Virus record (IMG/VR): IMGVR_UViG_3300049432_000036
Location: 1-59,583 of that record
DNA: 59,583 nucleotides
Direction: 5' to 3' (one strand)
From: a virus
Lineage: Duplodnaviria > Caudoviricetes
The notes under the pieces are model-generated. The model saw nothing but the letters and a program-made list of their open reading frames with translations, did no database searches and was not told where the DNA came from. The translations under genes and the position numbers were made by a program. This document shows positions 9,596 through 19,192 of the stretch, one piece after another; positions within the stretch are counted from its first letter, which is position 1, and each line of letters begins with the position of its first letter.

Positions 9596-10440
9596 TGGTA
9601 GCTACACGGGGACTGCCACCTGAGATCATCGATCTACAGGACTACACGGAGTCCATCAACTGGTTGTTGTACGGGCATTCCGGCGCGGGCAAGACGGTCA
9701 TCGCAGGGAAGCTTCCCGGCAAGGTGCTCATCCTCGCCAACGAGCAAGGGACCATCTCGGCGAAGCGCCAGGGTTCCAAGGCGAAGGTGTGGACCATCCG
9801 CAAGTGGGAGGATCTGGCGGAGGCATACGAGTGGTTGGCGAACAACGACCACCCGTTTGACTGGGTCGTGATCGACACGATCACTCAGATGCAGTACAAG
9901 TGCATCAGGTGGATCATGCGTACAGTCGTCGCCGGGAACCCGCAGCGTGATCCGCACATCCCGGCCCAGGGTGACCACTTCAAGTGGCAGCTTGCCATGA
10001 AGGAGATGGTGACGGACTTCAATGAGCTTCCGGTCAATGTCCTTTGGACCGCACAGGAGATGGTACGCGAGGACACGGAAGGCGAAGAGCTAGTCCTGCC
10101 CTTGATCGAGGGGAAGGATTACCAGATCTCCGCCTGGGTCTGTGCGCAGATGGACATCGTCACCCATCTCAAGAACCTCACCGTCAAGAAGAAGGCGGCG
10201 AACGGAGCTATCACCAAGACGTTCGTACGTCGCCTTACCTGCAACGAATCCCCTCCCATCTTCGCCAAGGACCGGTTCGATGTCCTCGGGCGAACGGTCG
10301 ACAACCCGGACATCGTGGAACTGCTGCAACGCATCAAGGACACGGAGAACGGGCGACCAACTTCGACAGCTGCCCGCCGTCCCGCAGCCCGTGCCGGTGT
10401 GGCAGCGAAGCGAACGACACGTAAGCGCACCAGCGCTTAA
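9592..10440 (+). CDS. AAA_24/Sak4-like ATPase (recombination)
   Basis: Walker A YGHSGAGKT, Walker B VVIDT, AKDR motif; follows exonuclease. Confidence 0.85.
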   Translation: MMVATRGLPPEIIDLQDYTESINWLLYGHSGAGKTVIAGKLPGKVLILANEQGTISAKRQGSKAKVWTIRKWEDLAEAYEWLANNDHPFDWVVIDTITQMQYKCIRWIMRTVVAGNPQRDPHIPAQGDHFKWQLAMKEMVTDFNELPVNVLWTAQEMVREDTEGEELVLPLIEGKDYQISAWVCAQMDIVTHLKNLTVKKKAANGAITKTFVRRLTCNESPPIFAKDRFDVLGRTVDNPDIVELLQRIKDTENGRPTSTAARRPAARAGVAAKRTTRKRTSA

Positions 10441-10458
10441 CTCAGGAAGGAACTACAG

Positions 10459-11472
10459 ATGGTTGCAAGAGGCAAGGTTGTCGTCGCCAAGTGGGGCGTG
10501 CCCTCGAAGGAGCCCGAGGACGTTCCGGATTTCCTCAGCAATGAGGAGATCGCGGAGAAGATGGGCGGTGAGCCCAAGGGCGTTTACCGCCTCAAGCTCA
10601 AGAAGATGGTCGTCGTCAAGAACAAGAACAACGACGACATGATCAAGATCACCGCCGAGATCTTCGAGACGGACAAGGAGAAGAAGGGCTACAACGGCTG
10701 GGCCTTCTGGACTCAGGAGAACGTCACCGAGGAGTCCGCCGGATACCTCAAGGCGTTCCTCCGGGCGTTCGGCGCTTCGTGGGCCGACTTCCAGCAGCGC
10801 ACGAAGATGACGCCGGAGACCAAGACCGAACCGGCCCAGATTGTCTCCATCGGCAAGGTCAACTTCGCCGGTACCAAGCCGGTCCTGGTCCGCGCCACGG
10901 TCGGTATGGGCCGGGCGCAGAACGGCTACGAAGCCCGTACCGAGATCAAGCGCTGGCTGCCGATGGCGGACGCCGACGCCGACGCCGATGAGGTCGAAGA
11001 CGCTGACGAGGTCGAGGATGAGGACCTGTTGGACGACGAGGACCTGGAGGAGTCGGCCGACGGCGGTGAGCTGGAGGATGAGGACGACGAGGAAGCGGAG
11101 CTGCGCGAAGAGCTGGACGGGCTGAGCCTCCCGGACCTTCGCAAGCGCATCAAGTCCAACGACGCCGACGCCAAGACGGTTGGGCTCAAGAAGCCCGCCC
11201 TGATTGACCTCATCGTGGAGCAGGAGTTGCTGCTGGACGACGAGGAAGAGCCGGAAGACGAGCTGGACGAAGACGAGGACGACGGCGGTGAGGCCGAACT
11301 CCGGGAGGAGCTGGAGGCGCTGACCATCGGCGCTCTCAAGCAGCGGGCCAAGGCCAACGGCGAGAAGGTTGTTGTCCTCAAGCCGATCAAGGACAAGGCT
11401 GAGGTCATCGACATCATCGTGACCCAGGAGCTTCTGGGCGATGACGAGGACGGCGAAGAACCGCCGTTCTGA
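10459..11472 (+). CDS. ssDNA-binding protein-like (DUF669-like) with acidic tail and two helical repeats
   Basis: Follows Sak4-like ATPase; beta-rich N-domain; D/E-rich tail ending EEPPF. Confidence 0.7.
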   Translation: MVARGKVVVAKWGVPSKEPEDVPDFLSNEEIAEKMGGEPKGVYRLKLKKMVVVKNKNNDDMIKITAEIFETDKEKKGYNGWAFWTQENVTEESAGYLKAFLRAFGASWADFQQRTKMTPETKTEPAQIVSIGKVNFAGTKPVLVRATVGMGRAQNGYEARTEIKRWLPMADADADADEVEDADEVEDEDLLDDEDLEESADGGELEDEDDEEAELREELDGLSLPDLRKRIKSNDADAKTVGLKKPALIDLIVEQELLLDDEEEPEDELDEDEDDGGEAELREELEALTIGALKQRAKANGEKVVVLKPIKDKAEVIDIIVTQELLGDDEDGEEPPF

Positions 11473-11546
11473 TCCGAACGACCCTTGGTGGATAAGGCCG
11501 TGCAGAACCGTTCAAACCGGCTAGCCGTCGCCAAGACCAAGGGTTA

Positions 11547-11584
11547 GGAAGGGGTCGTGGGATTGGTAGCCTGCGGCCCCTTCC
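11547..11584 (+). terminator. Stem-loop after SSB gene
   Basis: GGAAGGGGTCGTGGG/CCTGCGGCCCCTTCC. Confidence 0.65.
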
Positions 11585-11642
11585 GTTCATCCCTACGCGC
11601 GTAACATAGCGCTCCTGACCCGATCCGTGATTGGGGGTGTTA

Positions 11643-11936
11643 ATGAGTAAATTCCAAGGATTGAGTGATATCAATCCATTGCATATGCCTAGCAAGTTCC
11701 AGGAGGGACTGTGGGCCGACTACGTCATGGAGCAGGACGGCACAGACACCGAAGGCAACTGGCACGGCAGCTGTCCCCTGCATACTTGGGGGGCCGGTGA
11801 GCCGACTGCGTTGTTCAACTTCCAGTCTGGTGTGATGGTGTGTCTGGGCGATCCCTGCTGCCACGAGGGCAAGCGGGCAATCAGCCTTACCAACGTCCTG
11901 ACGCAGATGCGGAGCAACCTACATGAGAAACGCTGA
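11643..11936 (+). CDS. Stand-alone primase-type (CHC2-like) Zn-binding domain protein
   Basis: GNWHGSCPLH...ALFNFQSGVMVCLGDPC resembles the Zn domain of the next gene. Confidence 0.6.
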   Translation: MSKFQGLSDINPLHMPSKFQEGLWADYVMEQDGTDTEGNWHGSCPLHTWGAGEPTALFNFQSGVMVCLGDPCCHEGKRAISLTNVLTQMRSNLHEKR

Positions 11937-14766
11937 CAAGTACGTTCGGGCATTTGAACGTTTCCTTGTTGGCCAGCCCCAGTCCGATGGCGAGTGGAGA
12001 AGCTTCTGCCCGATCAACGAGGACCCGACGACTTCCAAGTCACCGAGTGCAAGTTTGAACTTCGAGACTGGTTTGTGGCATTGCCAGTCTTGTGGTAACG
12101 GCGGAACGATCCGGTTGCTATACCGGACTATGAGGGAACAGCGGGGAATGGAGTCTCCGGCGGCGCGGAAGAAGCCGGGTGACACCAGCAACGTCGTGAA
12201 CATCGACAAGACCAAGCCTTTGCCTAGTGCGGAGCAGGTTGAGTTCTGGCATAAGACGTTGATGGCGTCGGCTCGCGCTCACAAGTACGTGAGCGAGGAA
12301 CGCGGGCTGACGGATGAGACGTTGCGGAAGTATCTGGTTGGCTGGGACGGGCAACGATTCACCATCCCGGTCTATGACTCGGACGGCGACCTCGTCAACA
12401 TCCGCCGGTACAACCCGCGAGCCCGCAGCCACAAGGACAAGATGATTAGCTGGGGTCCTGGTTATGGGTCCGGCCGGATCTATGGGTTGGAGGTGCTGCA
12501 AGAGCATGACGAAGTCCTGTACACAGAAGGCGAGTGGGACAGGTTAGTTGCCATGCAGGCTGGGTTTCCGGCGGTGACGGATACGTCCGGCGCGTCGGTG
12601 TTCAAGCCTGAATGGGCTCGATACTTCAAGGGCAAGACCATCTATTTCGGTTTCGATGATGACAAGCAGGGCGACGCCGGAGCGATGAAGGCGACGCAGT
12701 ACCTGAAGCAAGTTGCGGCGGGCTGCTACCGGATCAAGCTCAACACCGGCATCGAGGGCGGCGACATCACGGACTACTTCGTGAAGCTCGATCGGTCGGC
12801 CGACGACCTGTGGCAGCTTCATGATGAAGCAGTGCCGCTTTGGCAGCCGGAGGAGAAGCACCAAGTACCCGCTGCGGGCCGTGCGGTCACGGTCGAGGAG
12901 TCGCAGAACGTCAACTACTCCGAGCCCTTGGAGTTGACGGTAATGATCATCGGGAAGCAGACACCGGCGTTCATCGCACCGAAGCGGATCGAAGCGACTT
13001 GCGGCATGAACGCCGGTGCCGTTTGCAACATGTGTCCGTTGATGGTGAATGACGGGAAGATCATGAAGACGGTTGAGCCGGATGACGAGAAGCTGTTGAA
13101 GTTCGTCAACATCGGCGACGCCCGGGTGAATGAGTTGTACGGCGAGATCACCGGAGCTATGTGCAAGAAGTTCGTTGACTACGATGTGACTGCGGCTTAC
13201 AACATCGAGGAGCTTGTAGTCACACCCTCGTTGGACTACCGCAGCGAGGACACCGAGACGCCCATCCAGCGTCGCGTGTTCAACGTTGGCACCTACTCCA
13301 CGCCAATCAACCAGACTGTGAAGATCATCGGCAAGCAGGTCGCCGAATCACAGACGCAACGTGGTACGTTCATGGGCTGGCATCTCCAAACGGTCAACAC
13401 TGACCTGGAGGAGTTCGAGATGACCCCTCGGATCATGCAACAGCTCAAGCGATTTCAAGTCAAGCCGGGTCAGTCCCCGCTCGACAAGTGCATGGAGATC
13501 GCACGGGATATGGCATCCAACGTCACGCACATCTACGGGCGACCTCTGTTGCACGTCGCGTATGACATGGTGTTCCATTCCGTCATCCAGTTCGACTTCG
13601 ACAAGAAGCCAGTGAGGAAAGGCTGGCTAGAGGCGCTGATCATCGGCGACACCCGTACCGGCAAGAGCGAGGCCGTAACGCACCTGAGGCGTCACTACGG
13701 AGCCGGAGTCATCAAGTCCTGTGAAGGAGCCTCATTCGCCGGTCTCGTGGGCGGGGCGCAGAACGTACCCGGCGGCAAGAGTGGATGGATGGTTACTTGG
13801 GGCGTGATCCCGCTCAATGATCGGCGGCTTGTGGTGCTGGACGAGATGTCTGGACTCATGGCCGTCAAGGAGCGGAACATCCTCGGTGACATGTCCTCAG
13901 TTCGATCCGAGGGCAAGGCCGTCATCAGCAAGATCGTCCAGGACGAGACCAGCGCTCGTACAAGGATCATCTGGTTGTCCAACCCGAGCGATGGAACACG
14001 GATCGCGGACCTGCCCGGGTCGGCGCTGAGGGCGATCAAGAAGCTCATCCACAACCCCGAGGACATCGCCCGTCTCGACTTCGCGATGGCCGTTGCAAAC
14101 AACGAGGTTGACGCCGACATCATCAACTCAACCGAACACAAACCAGTCCGGCACCGATACACGTCGGACGCCTGCCACAACCTCATCATGTGGGCGTGGA
14201 GCCGGAAGAAGGAGCAGGTGATCTGGGGCCAAGGTGCGGAGCAAGCTATCTATGACGCGGCGATCAGCATGGGCTCTCGCTACGTCTCTGATCCACCACT
14301 AGTACAGGTGGAGAACATCAGGGTCAAGATCGCCCGTATCGCCGTCGCGCTCGCAGCCCGCACGTTCTCGTGCTCGAAGAACGGCGACAAAGTCTGGGTA
14401 AGGAAGATGCATGTTGAAAGTGCGATCGAGTTCTTGGACGCGGTCTATTCGTCTGAAGCGATGGGTTACATGCGTTCTTCCCGGCGCGTACTCGTCACCC
14501 GGCAGGAAGCACAAGACTCCAAGGGCAAAGTGCGGAAGTTCCTCAAGAGCGAACCGCATGTCCTCGCTGCGGTTCGGGCGATCGGCGCGGAGACGTTTCG
14601 TTCCCGTGACTTTGAAGAGCAGGCGGCGCTGACCAAGGACGAAGCGAACTTGGTCATGAGGTCGTTGACCGAATGGCGGATGATCTCGCGTGAAGCGCGC
14701 GGCGCAGTCCGCTTCGAGCCAGCCATGACGGAAGTGCTGAGGGAGTTGGAAGATGCCGGATACTGA
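11923..14766 (+). CDS. DNA primase (Zn finger + TOPRIM) fused to MCM-like AAA+ helicase
   Basis: CP..PSASLN..GLWHCQSCG; TEGEWD and FDDDKQG TOPRIM motifs; GDTRTGKS, VVLDEMSG, SNP, IARLDF. Confidence 0.88.
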   Translation: MRNADKYVRAFERFLVGQPQSDGEWRSFCPINEDPTTSKSPSASLNFETGLWHCQSCGNGGTIRLLYRTMREQRGMESPAARKKPGDTSNVVNIDKTKPLPSAEQVEFWHKTLMASARAHKYVSEERGLTDETLRKYLVGWDGQRFTIPVYDSDGDLVNIRRYNPRARSHKDKMISWGPGYGSGRIYGLEVLQEHDEVLYTEGEWDRLVAMQAGFPAVTDTSGASVFKPEWARYFKGKTIYFGFDDDKQGDAGAMKATQYLKQVAAGCYRIKLNTGIEGGDITDYFVKLDRSADDLWQLHDEAVPLWQPEEKHQVPAAGRAVTVEESQNVNYSEPLELTVMIIGKQTPAFIAPKRIEATCGMNAGAVCNMCPLMVNDGKIMKTVEPDDEKLLKFVNIGDARVNELYGEITGAMCKKFVDYDVTAAYNIEELVVTPSLDYRSEDTETPIQRRVFNVGTYSTPINQTVKIIGKQVAESQTQRGTFMGWHLQTVNTDLEEFEMTPRIMQQLKRFQVKPGQSPLDKCMEIARDMASNVTHIYGRPLLHVAYDMVFHSVIQFDFDKKPVRKGWLEALIIGDTRTGKSEAVTHLRRHYGAGVIKSCEGASFAGLVGGAQNVPGGKSGWMVTWGVIPLNDRRLVVLDEMSGLMAVKERNILGDMSSVRSEGKAVISKIVQDETSARTRIIWLSNPSDGTRIADLPGSALRAIKKLIHNPEDIARLDFAMAVANNEVDADIINSTEHKPVRHRYTSDACHNLIMWAWSRKKEQVIWGQGAEQAIYDAAISMGSRYVSDPPLVQVENIRVKIARIAVALAARTFSCSKNGDKVWVRKMHVESAIEFLDAVYSSEAMGYMRSSRRVLVTRQEAQDSKGKVRKFLKSEPHVLAAVRAIGAETFRSRDFEEQAALTKDEANLVMRSLTEWRMISREARGAVRFEPAMTEVLRELEDAGY

Positions 14767-14944
14767 AGGTACGTGCGGCGCCAAGGCGACGGTTGCGATC
14801 GGCAGGTTTACTGATGCCGATGTGGAATGCGGTCGCAAGCCGGGGCATGAGGAGGAGTTGCATGTTGCATCCGAAACCAAGAAGGCCATCGACAAACGGA
14901 CCGGCAAGGAAAGCGATGCAACGCTCATCATCACCTGGGCTTGA
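14753..14944 (+). CDS. Hypothetical protein
   Basis: Overlaps primase stop; Cys/His pattern. Confidence 0.55.
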   Translation: MPDTEGTCGAKATVAIGRFTDADVECGRKPGHEEELHVASETKKAIDKRTGKESDATLIITWA

Positions 14945-15185
14945 GCTCGTCACCGTTCCCAATGCTGAGGACATGGACGATGAGACGTTCCTCAAGCACA
15001 TCGACAAGCGTCACCGCCAGGACACGAAACACGACGGGCAGAATGTCCTCTTCCCTCGCAGCAGCTGGACGGCGTGGGTCCCGCTGTACCGGACGTGGCA
15101 TGAGAGACTCCACGCCATAGCGATCCCAGGCCAGTACGACCACGAGCACCTACGGCCAGCCTACTTGGAAGGGGAGGAAGAATGA
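14916..15185 (+). CDS. Hypothetical protein
   Basis: His-rich small ORF in operon; start uncertain. Confidence 0.6.
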   Translation: MQRSSSPGLELVTVPNAEDMDDETFLKHIDKRHRQDTKHDGQNVLFPRSSWTAWVPLYRTWHERLHAIAIPGQYDHEHLRPAYLEGEEE

Positions 15186-15316
15186 AGAAGCTCATCAAGT
15201 GCCAAGGCTGCGGGTCGAAAGTCTGGGTGCCGCAGGAGACCATGATCATGCCCCGGCACCGCAAGGCTGATCGAAGCCGCTGCCCGATGTCACAGAAGAA
15301 GGTGGAGACGGAATGA
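15182..15316 (+). CDS. Small Zn-finger protein (44 aa, not in ORF track)
   Basis: MKKLIKCQGCGSKV...PRH....RCPMS; ATGA overlaps at both ends. Confidence 0.6.
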   Translation: MKKLIKCQGCGSKVWVPQETMIMPRHRKADRSRCPMSQKKVETE

Positions 15317-16134
15317 GAGTTGCAATCCTCGGTAGCGGACCGGCGGGGATGATGGCTGCGGCGGCGGTCAGCCACGGACACGACTGGAGTGGTGGTCCGT
15401 ATGACATCCAGATCTTCTCCGCCGGTGGCAAGTCCTCGCTCTTCGGGGCGCAGTACTTGCATGCTCCTATCCCTGGCTACACTGACAATCGGTACCCCAA
15501 CGCCAAGCGCCCCATCAACTATCTCCTCCGGGGCGAAGCGGACGACTACCGGCTGAAGGTGTACGGGCCGATGTGGGATGGGACGGTGTCGCCGGAAGAG
15601 TTCACGGAGACCCACCACGCGTGGGACATCCGCCAGACGTACGACGCGTTGTGGAAGGAGTATGAACGCGACGTCAACGAGGTCCGCATGGACCCGGCGG
15701 GCATGCGATTGTTGATGGACGGCCGGACGGCGTACGGGTCGTTTGACCTGGTGATCAACTCGATCCCTCGCCCGGCCCTCTGCGCAGAAGGGCACCAGTT
15801 CTCCTCAACCCAGATCTGGGCGGCCGGGGAAGCGCCGGAGCTCGGCATCGACCTCGATCGGTTCAAGTGCCCGGACAACACCGTCATCTGCAATGGTGAG
15901 GATAGTCCCAGTTGGTACAGGCTTTCCAACATCTTCGGATACAAGACGGTTGAATGGCCGGAGCACATCAAGCCGCCGATCCCCTCATCCGCTCTCGTCA
16001 CGAAGCCGCTGAAGACGAACTGTGACTGCTGGCCGGGCGTGTTACACGTCGGCCGGTACGGCAAGTGGGCCAAGGGCGTGTTGTCCCACACGGCCTATGA
16101 GGAGGTTAAGGAGCATGTCTCGTCCAAGGTTTGA
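15313..16134 (+). CDS. FAD-dependent oxidoreductase (UDP-galactopyranose mutase-like fold)
   Basis: VAILGSGPAG dinucleotide-binding motif, GAQYLH, C-terminal GRYGKW. Confidence 0.8.
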   Translation: MRVAILGSGPAGMMAAAAVSHGHDWSGGPYDIQIFSAGGKSSLFGAQYLHAPIPGYTDNRYPNAKRPINYLLRGEADDYRLKVYGPMWDGTVSPEEFTETHHAWDIRQTYDALWKEYERDVNEVRMDPAGMRLLMDGRTAYGSFDLVINSIPRPALCAEGHQFSSTQIWAAGEAPELGIDLDRFKCPDNTVICNGEDSPSWYRLSNIFGYKTVEWPEHIKPPIPSSALVTKPLKTNCDCWPGVLHVGRYGKWAKGVLSHTAYEEVKEHVSSKV

Positions 16135-16753
16135 TGCGCCGGTTGTGGCGCTCGATATCGACGGGACGTTGGGTGACTACCATGGCCACTTCATCCGCTT
16201 CGCGGAGCAGTACCTAGGCCGCTCGCTTCCCGACCCGTACGCAGTGACCGGCGGGATACCGCTCTACAAGTATCTCCACATCAGCCACTCGATGTACCGC
16301 CAGATCAAGCTCGCTTATCGGCAAGGCGGCATGAAGCGCTCGATGCCGGTCTATGAGAATGCATCCAATCTGTCCAGGATGATCCGGCGGAACGGTTGCC
16401 AGGTGTGGATCTGTACGACGCGTCCCTATCTGCGCCTGGACAACATCGACCCCGATACACGCCATTGGCTACGGCGTCACAAGATCCAGTATGACGCGGT
16501 GTTGTTCGGCGAGCATAAGTATCGGGACCTCAAGAAAGCGGTTGGAGACCGCGTGTTGTTCGTCGTGGACGACCTACCACCGATGTTGGAGCAGGCGTCC
16601 GAGTCCGGTATGACAACCGTGCTGCGACGCCAGCCCTACAACGACGGTTGGTACTACTCTGCCAACCACATCGCAAGCGACCTCGAAGAAGTGATGGAAG
16701 TATTCAGGAAGGAGTTCACCAATTATGTCGAGTCACAACCACGGGTTCGGTGA
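16115..16753 (+). CDS. HAD-superfamily (5'-nucleotidase-like) phosphatase
   Basis: ALDIDGTL (motif I), CTTR (II), VVDD (IV). Confidence 0.85.
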   Translation: MSRPRFDAPVVALDIDGTLGDYHGHFIRFAEQYLGRSLPDPYAVTGGIPLYKYLHISHSMYRQIKLAYRQGGMKRSMPVYENASNLSRMIRRNGCQVWICTTRPYLRLDNIDPDTRHWLRRHKIQYDAVLFGEHKYRDLKKAVGDRVLFVVDDLPPMLEQASESGMTTVLRRQPYNDGWYYSANHIASDLEEVMEVFRKEFTNYVESQPRVR

Positions 16754-17495
16754 AGCCTGTCGGCCGTCGTGTGAGCTGTACGGCATGGGGAACGCGCAGA
16801 ACTCGCCGCGCCAGCCGACCAACCCCGACCCGATGAACCGGCCGATGCCGACCTATGCGGATCGAGGACGGCCCGCGCCCTCCCGGCCCGCCCAGGAACT
16901 GTTGGCGGCTGAGCGGTCGATGTCCCAGGCCGCCATGGGCCGGATGCCCGAAGAAGCAGAGCTGTCCAGTATCGCGGCGGGCCGACTCACTCCGCCGCCT
17001 TTGGCCCCGGCCCCGCAGTTGACGGACTCGGACTTTGTTGGCGGCAAGCCGTTGCGAACGGATCACCCGATGCCGCGTTCGAACGCCGACCTCGGCAGAC
17101 GATTGGAGGCCGATGGCCCCAATTACCAGGTTGACCAGTTCGCCGAGAAGCGCGAGGCGGATGACGCGTTGTGGCTGCGAGTCGGCATCAACGCCGATCT
17201 CGTCCCGCCACGAGTGATGGACATGATGCACAACCTGGCCACGGACGCGTTGCCATCGTTCGTTCGTCACAACCTCGAATACCGTGATGCTGACCAGGCG
17301 CTCGGATACCGAGGGCAGTTCGCCGAGATCTCTCATGTCGTGGCGAAGCTGAGGAAGCTCGTGTGGGATGATCAGTATGGTGTGACGTTCGAACACGTCG
17401 CATCTGATGAGGTGCGCAAGGAACTCAAGGCGCTCATCGGGCATGCACTGTTGGCGCTCGACCTACTGAAGGCAGGTAACAAGAATGGAAAGTGA
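16725..17495 (+). CDS. Protein with C-terminal all-alpha NTP-PPase-like (Nmad1/DUF1599-like) domain
   Basis: RHNLEY..LGYRGQFAEI..KLRKLVWD..LKALIGHALL; Pro-rich disordered N-half. Confidence 0.55.
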   Translation: MSSHNHGFGEACRPSCELYGMGNAQNSPRQPTNPDPMNRPMPTYADRGRPAPSRPAQELLAAERSMSQAAMGRMPEEAELSSIAAGRLTPPPLAPAPQLTDSDFVGGKPLRTDHPMPRSNADLGRRLEADGPNYQVDQFAEKREADDALWLRVGINADLVPPRVMDMMHNLATDALPSFVRHNLEYRDADQALGYRGQFAEISHVVAKLRKLVWDDQYGVTFEHVASDEVRKELKALIGHALLALDLLKAGNKNGK

Positions 17496-18231
17496 ACTAG
17501 AACTGAAGCGACCCCTCTGGGTGATTGGGGCCAAGGGCGGCAATCTCGGAGGGATGGTCGCGAAGGTCGCGAGTGACGACTGGTACTACAAGGAGATCAT
17601 CGTCACCGATACGGAGGTTGACGTTTGCAACCAGGAGAAGTTGGTACGGTTCGTCGCTGAGATCAGGAAGAGCTCACCGGAGACCGGCATCGACATCGCC
17701 TATTGCGCAGGCGTCAACATCCTGGATGCGATCATGGACGTGGACGAGGTGAACCTGTACCAAACGTTCAACGTCAACGTCATGGGGTTCATTCGAGTGA
17801 TGCAGGCGCTGGAGCGCGTGTACTACCCCGGCGACGAGCTTCCGATGATGACGAGGCAGACGCGCTCTAACGTGGTTGCTGTAGCTTCGGATGCCGCCCG
17901 GGTACCGATGCGCCGATCGATCACGTACTGCGCCAGCAAGGCCGCTCTCGTCCAAGCCGTGCGGGTCGCGGCGAGGGAGTTGGCCCCGTTCATCCGCGTC
18001 AACTCCGTCTCGCCGGGGATCATCGATGAGACCCCGATGACGGACACCATCGACCGCGAGGTCATGCGGCAGCGCTCGTGGACTCGGGATCAGCAGCTCG
18101 ATTACGAGCGCTCATCAATCCCGATGGGTCGGCGCGGACACAAAGGCGAGGTCGCCGACCTCATCCTGCACACCCTGCTCGGGCCGGTCTACATGACCGG
18201 CTCCAACATCGAGATCAACGGAGGCAAGTGA
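17485..18231 (+). CDS. Short-chain dehydrogenase/reductase (SDR)
   Basis: GAKGGNLG, CAG, YCASK catalytic motif, IRVNSVSPG, YMTGSNIEINGG. Confidence 0.92.
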   Translation: MESELELKRPLWVIGAKGGNLGGMVAKVASDDWYYKEIIVTDTEVDVCNQEKLVRFVAEIRKSSPETGIDIAYCAGVNILDAIMDVDEVNLYQTFNVNVMGFIRVMQALERVYYPGDELPMMTRQTRSNVVAVASDAARVPMRRSITYCASKAALVQAVRVAARELAPFIRVNSVSPGIIDETPMTDTIDREVMRQRSWTRDQQLDYERSSIPMGRRGHKGEVADLILHTLLGPVYMTGSNIEINGGK

Positions 18232-18233
18232 AC

Positions 18234-18725
18234 ATGCGTGGCATCAGCTTCGACGTACCGCTGGCGGGAAACATCAAGATCGACCAGCTGGCGTTCTGTG
18301 CCTGGGACGACGCCGACGAGGAGTTCATCAAGGACTTCCTGGGACTCCGGCACCGCAACTGGATCGAGGACACCGTGACGGCGCGCGGGCAGGTCGGCGC
18401 GCTGGACGACGTGACCAACGTCGCCAAGCTGCTCTTCAACTACGATCTCGACCACGAGATCGAGATCCTGCGGTACATCGAGGGGCCGAACTACCTGACC
18501 CTGGCGGACGTGCCCGGCGGCCGGATGTGCCACATCGGTTCCCATTTCATCGGCGATGGTCTCGTGCCCCGGGTCGATGCGCAGATCATCCAGCAGCTCG
18601 TGACCCAGGAGCATTCCAACCCGTTCCAGGCGGAGCACAAGCGCCACTACCGCTACACCATCTACAACACCTACCAGAAGCTGGGGATGTTCTTCAAGAT
18701 TATCGAGCGGTTGGACAATGCCTGA
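18234..18725 (+). CDS. VOC/glyoxalase-fold (epimerase-like) protein
   Basis: IDQLAF...EIEILRYIEGPNY...MCHIGSH...KIIER pattern. Confidence 0.55.
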   Translation: MRGISFDVPLAGNIKIDQLAFCAWDDADEEFIKDFLGLRHRNWIEDTVTARGQVGALDDVTNVAKLLFNYDLDHEIEILRYIEGPNYLTLADVPGGRMCHIGSHFIGDGLVPRVDAQIIQQLVTQEHSNPFQAEHKRHYRYTIYNTYQKLGMFFKIIERLDNA

Positions 18726-19020
18726 CATCCCGGGCAAGCTGCGCGAAGCGGCCGGGGTCTTCGAGGCCCGCAATGAGGTCTACCAGGACGCCTACAAGAT
18801 CGTGGGCAAGGTACTGGAGGACCTGTTCCCGAACGGCATGAAGCTTGTGTCGGAAGAGGACCACACGAGGTATCACCTCCTGGCCCTCATCATCGTGAAG
18901 CTGACTCGCTACTCGGCGAACTGGCAGACCGGTCACAAGGAGTCGATGGACGACCTCATCGTGTACGGAGCGATGCTGGCGGCGATCGATGACGAGATGC
19001 CGAAGCTCCCGGAGTTCTGA
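18718..19020 (+). CDS. DUF6378-like all-alpha nucleotide pyrophosphatase-like protein
   Basis: ARNEVY...VKLTRY...HKESMDDLIVY. Confidence 0.6.
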   Translation: MPDIPGKLREAAGVFEARNEVYQDAYKIVGKVLEDLFPNGMKLVSEEDHTRYHLLALIIVKLTRYSANWQTGHKESMDDLIVYGAMLAAIDDEMPKLPEF

Positions 19021-19190
19021 TGGAACTGATCGTGAAACCCAGCGGCGACAACAAGTTCATTACTGTCGCTGAACTGTTGGAACTCGCCGACGCTTGCCGT
19101 CATCAGGAGATTGACCCGAAGCGCATTGTCTGCGCCGACGGCCCGATCAGCCTGCGCAACGAGCTTCGCGGCCTGAGGATCAAGAGGTAA
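19020..19190 (+). CDS. Hypothetical protein (56 aa, not in ORF track)
   Basis: TGATG coupling; ends 2 nt before dnaE start. Confidence 0.6.
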   Translation: MELIVKPSGDNKFITVAELLELADACRHQEIDPKRIVCADGPISLRNELRGLRIKR

Positions 19191-19192
19191 AC

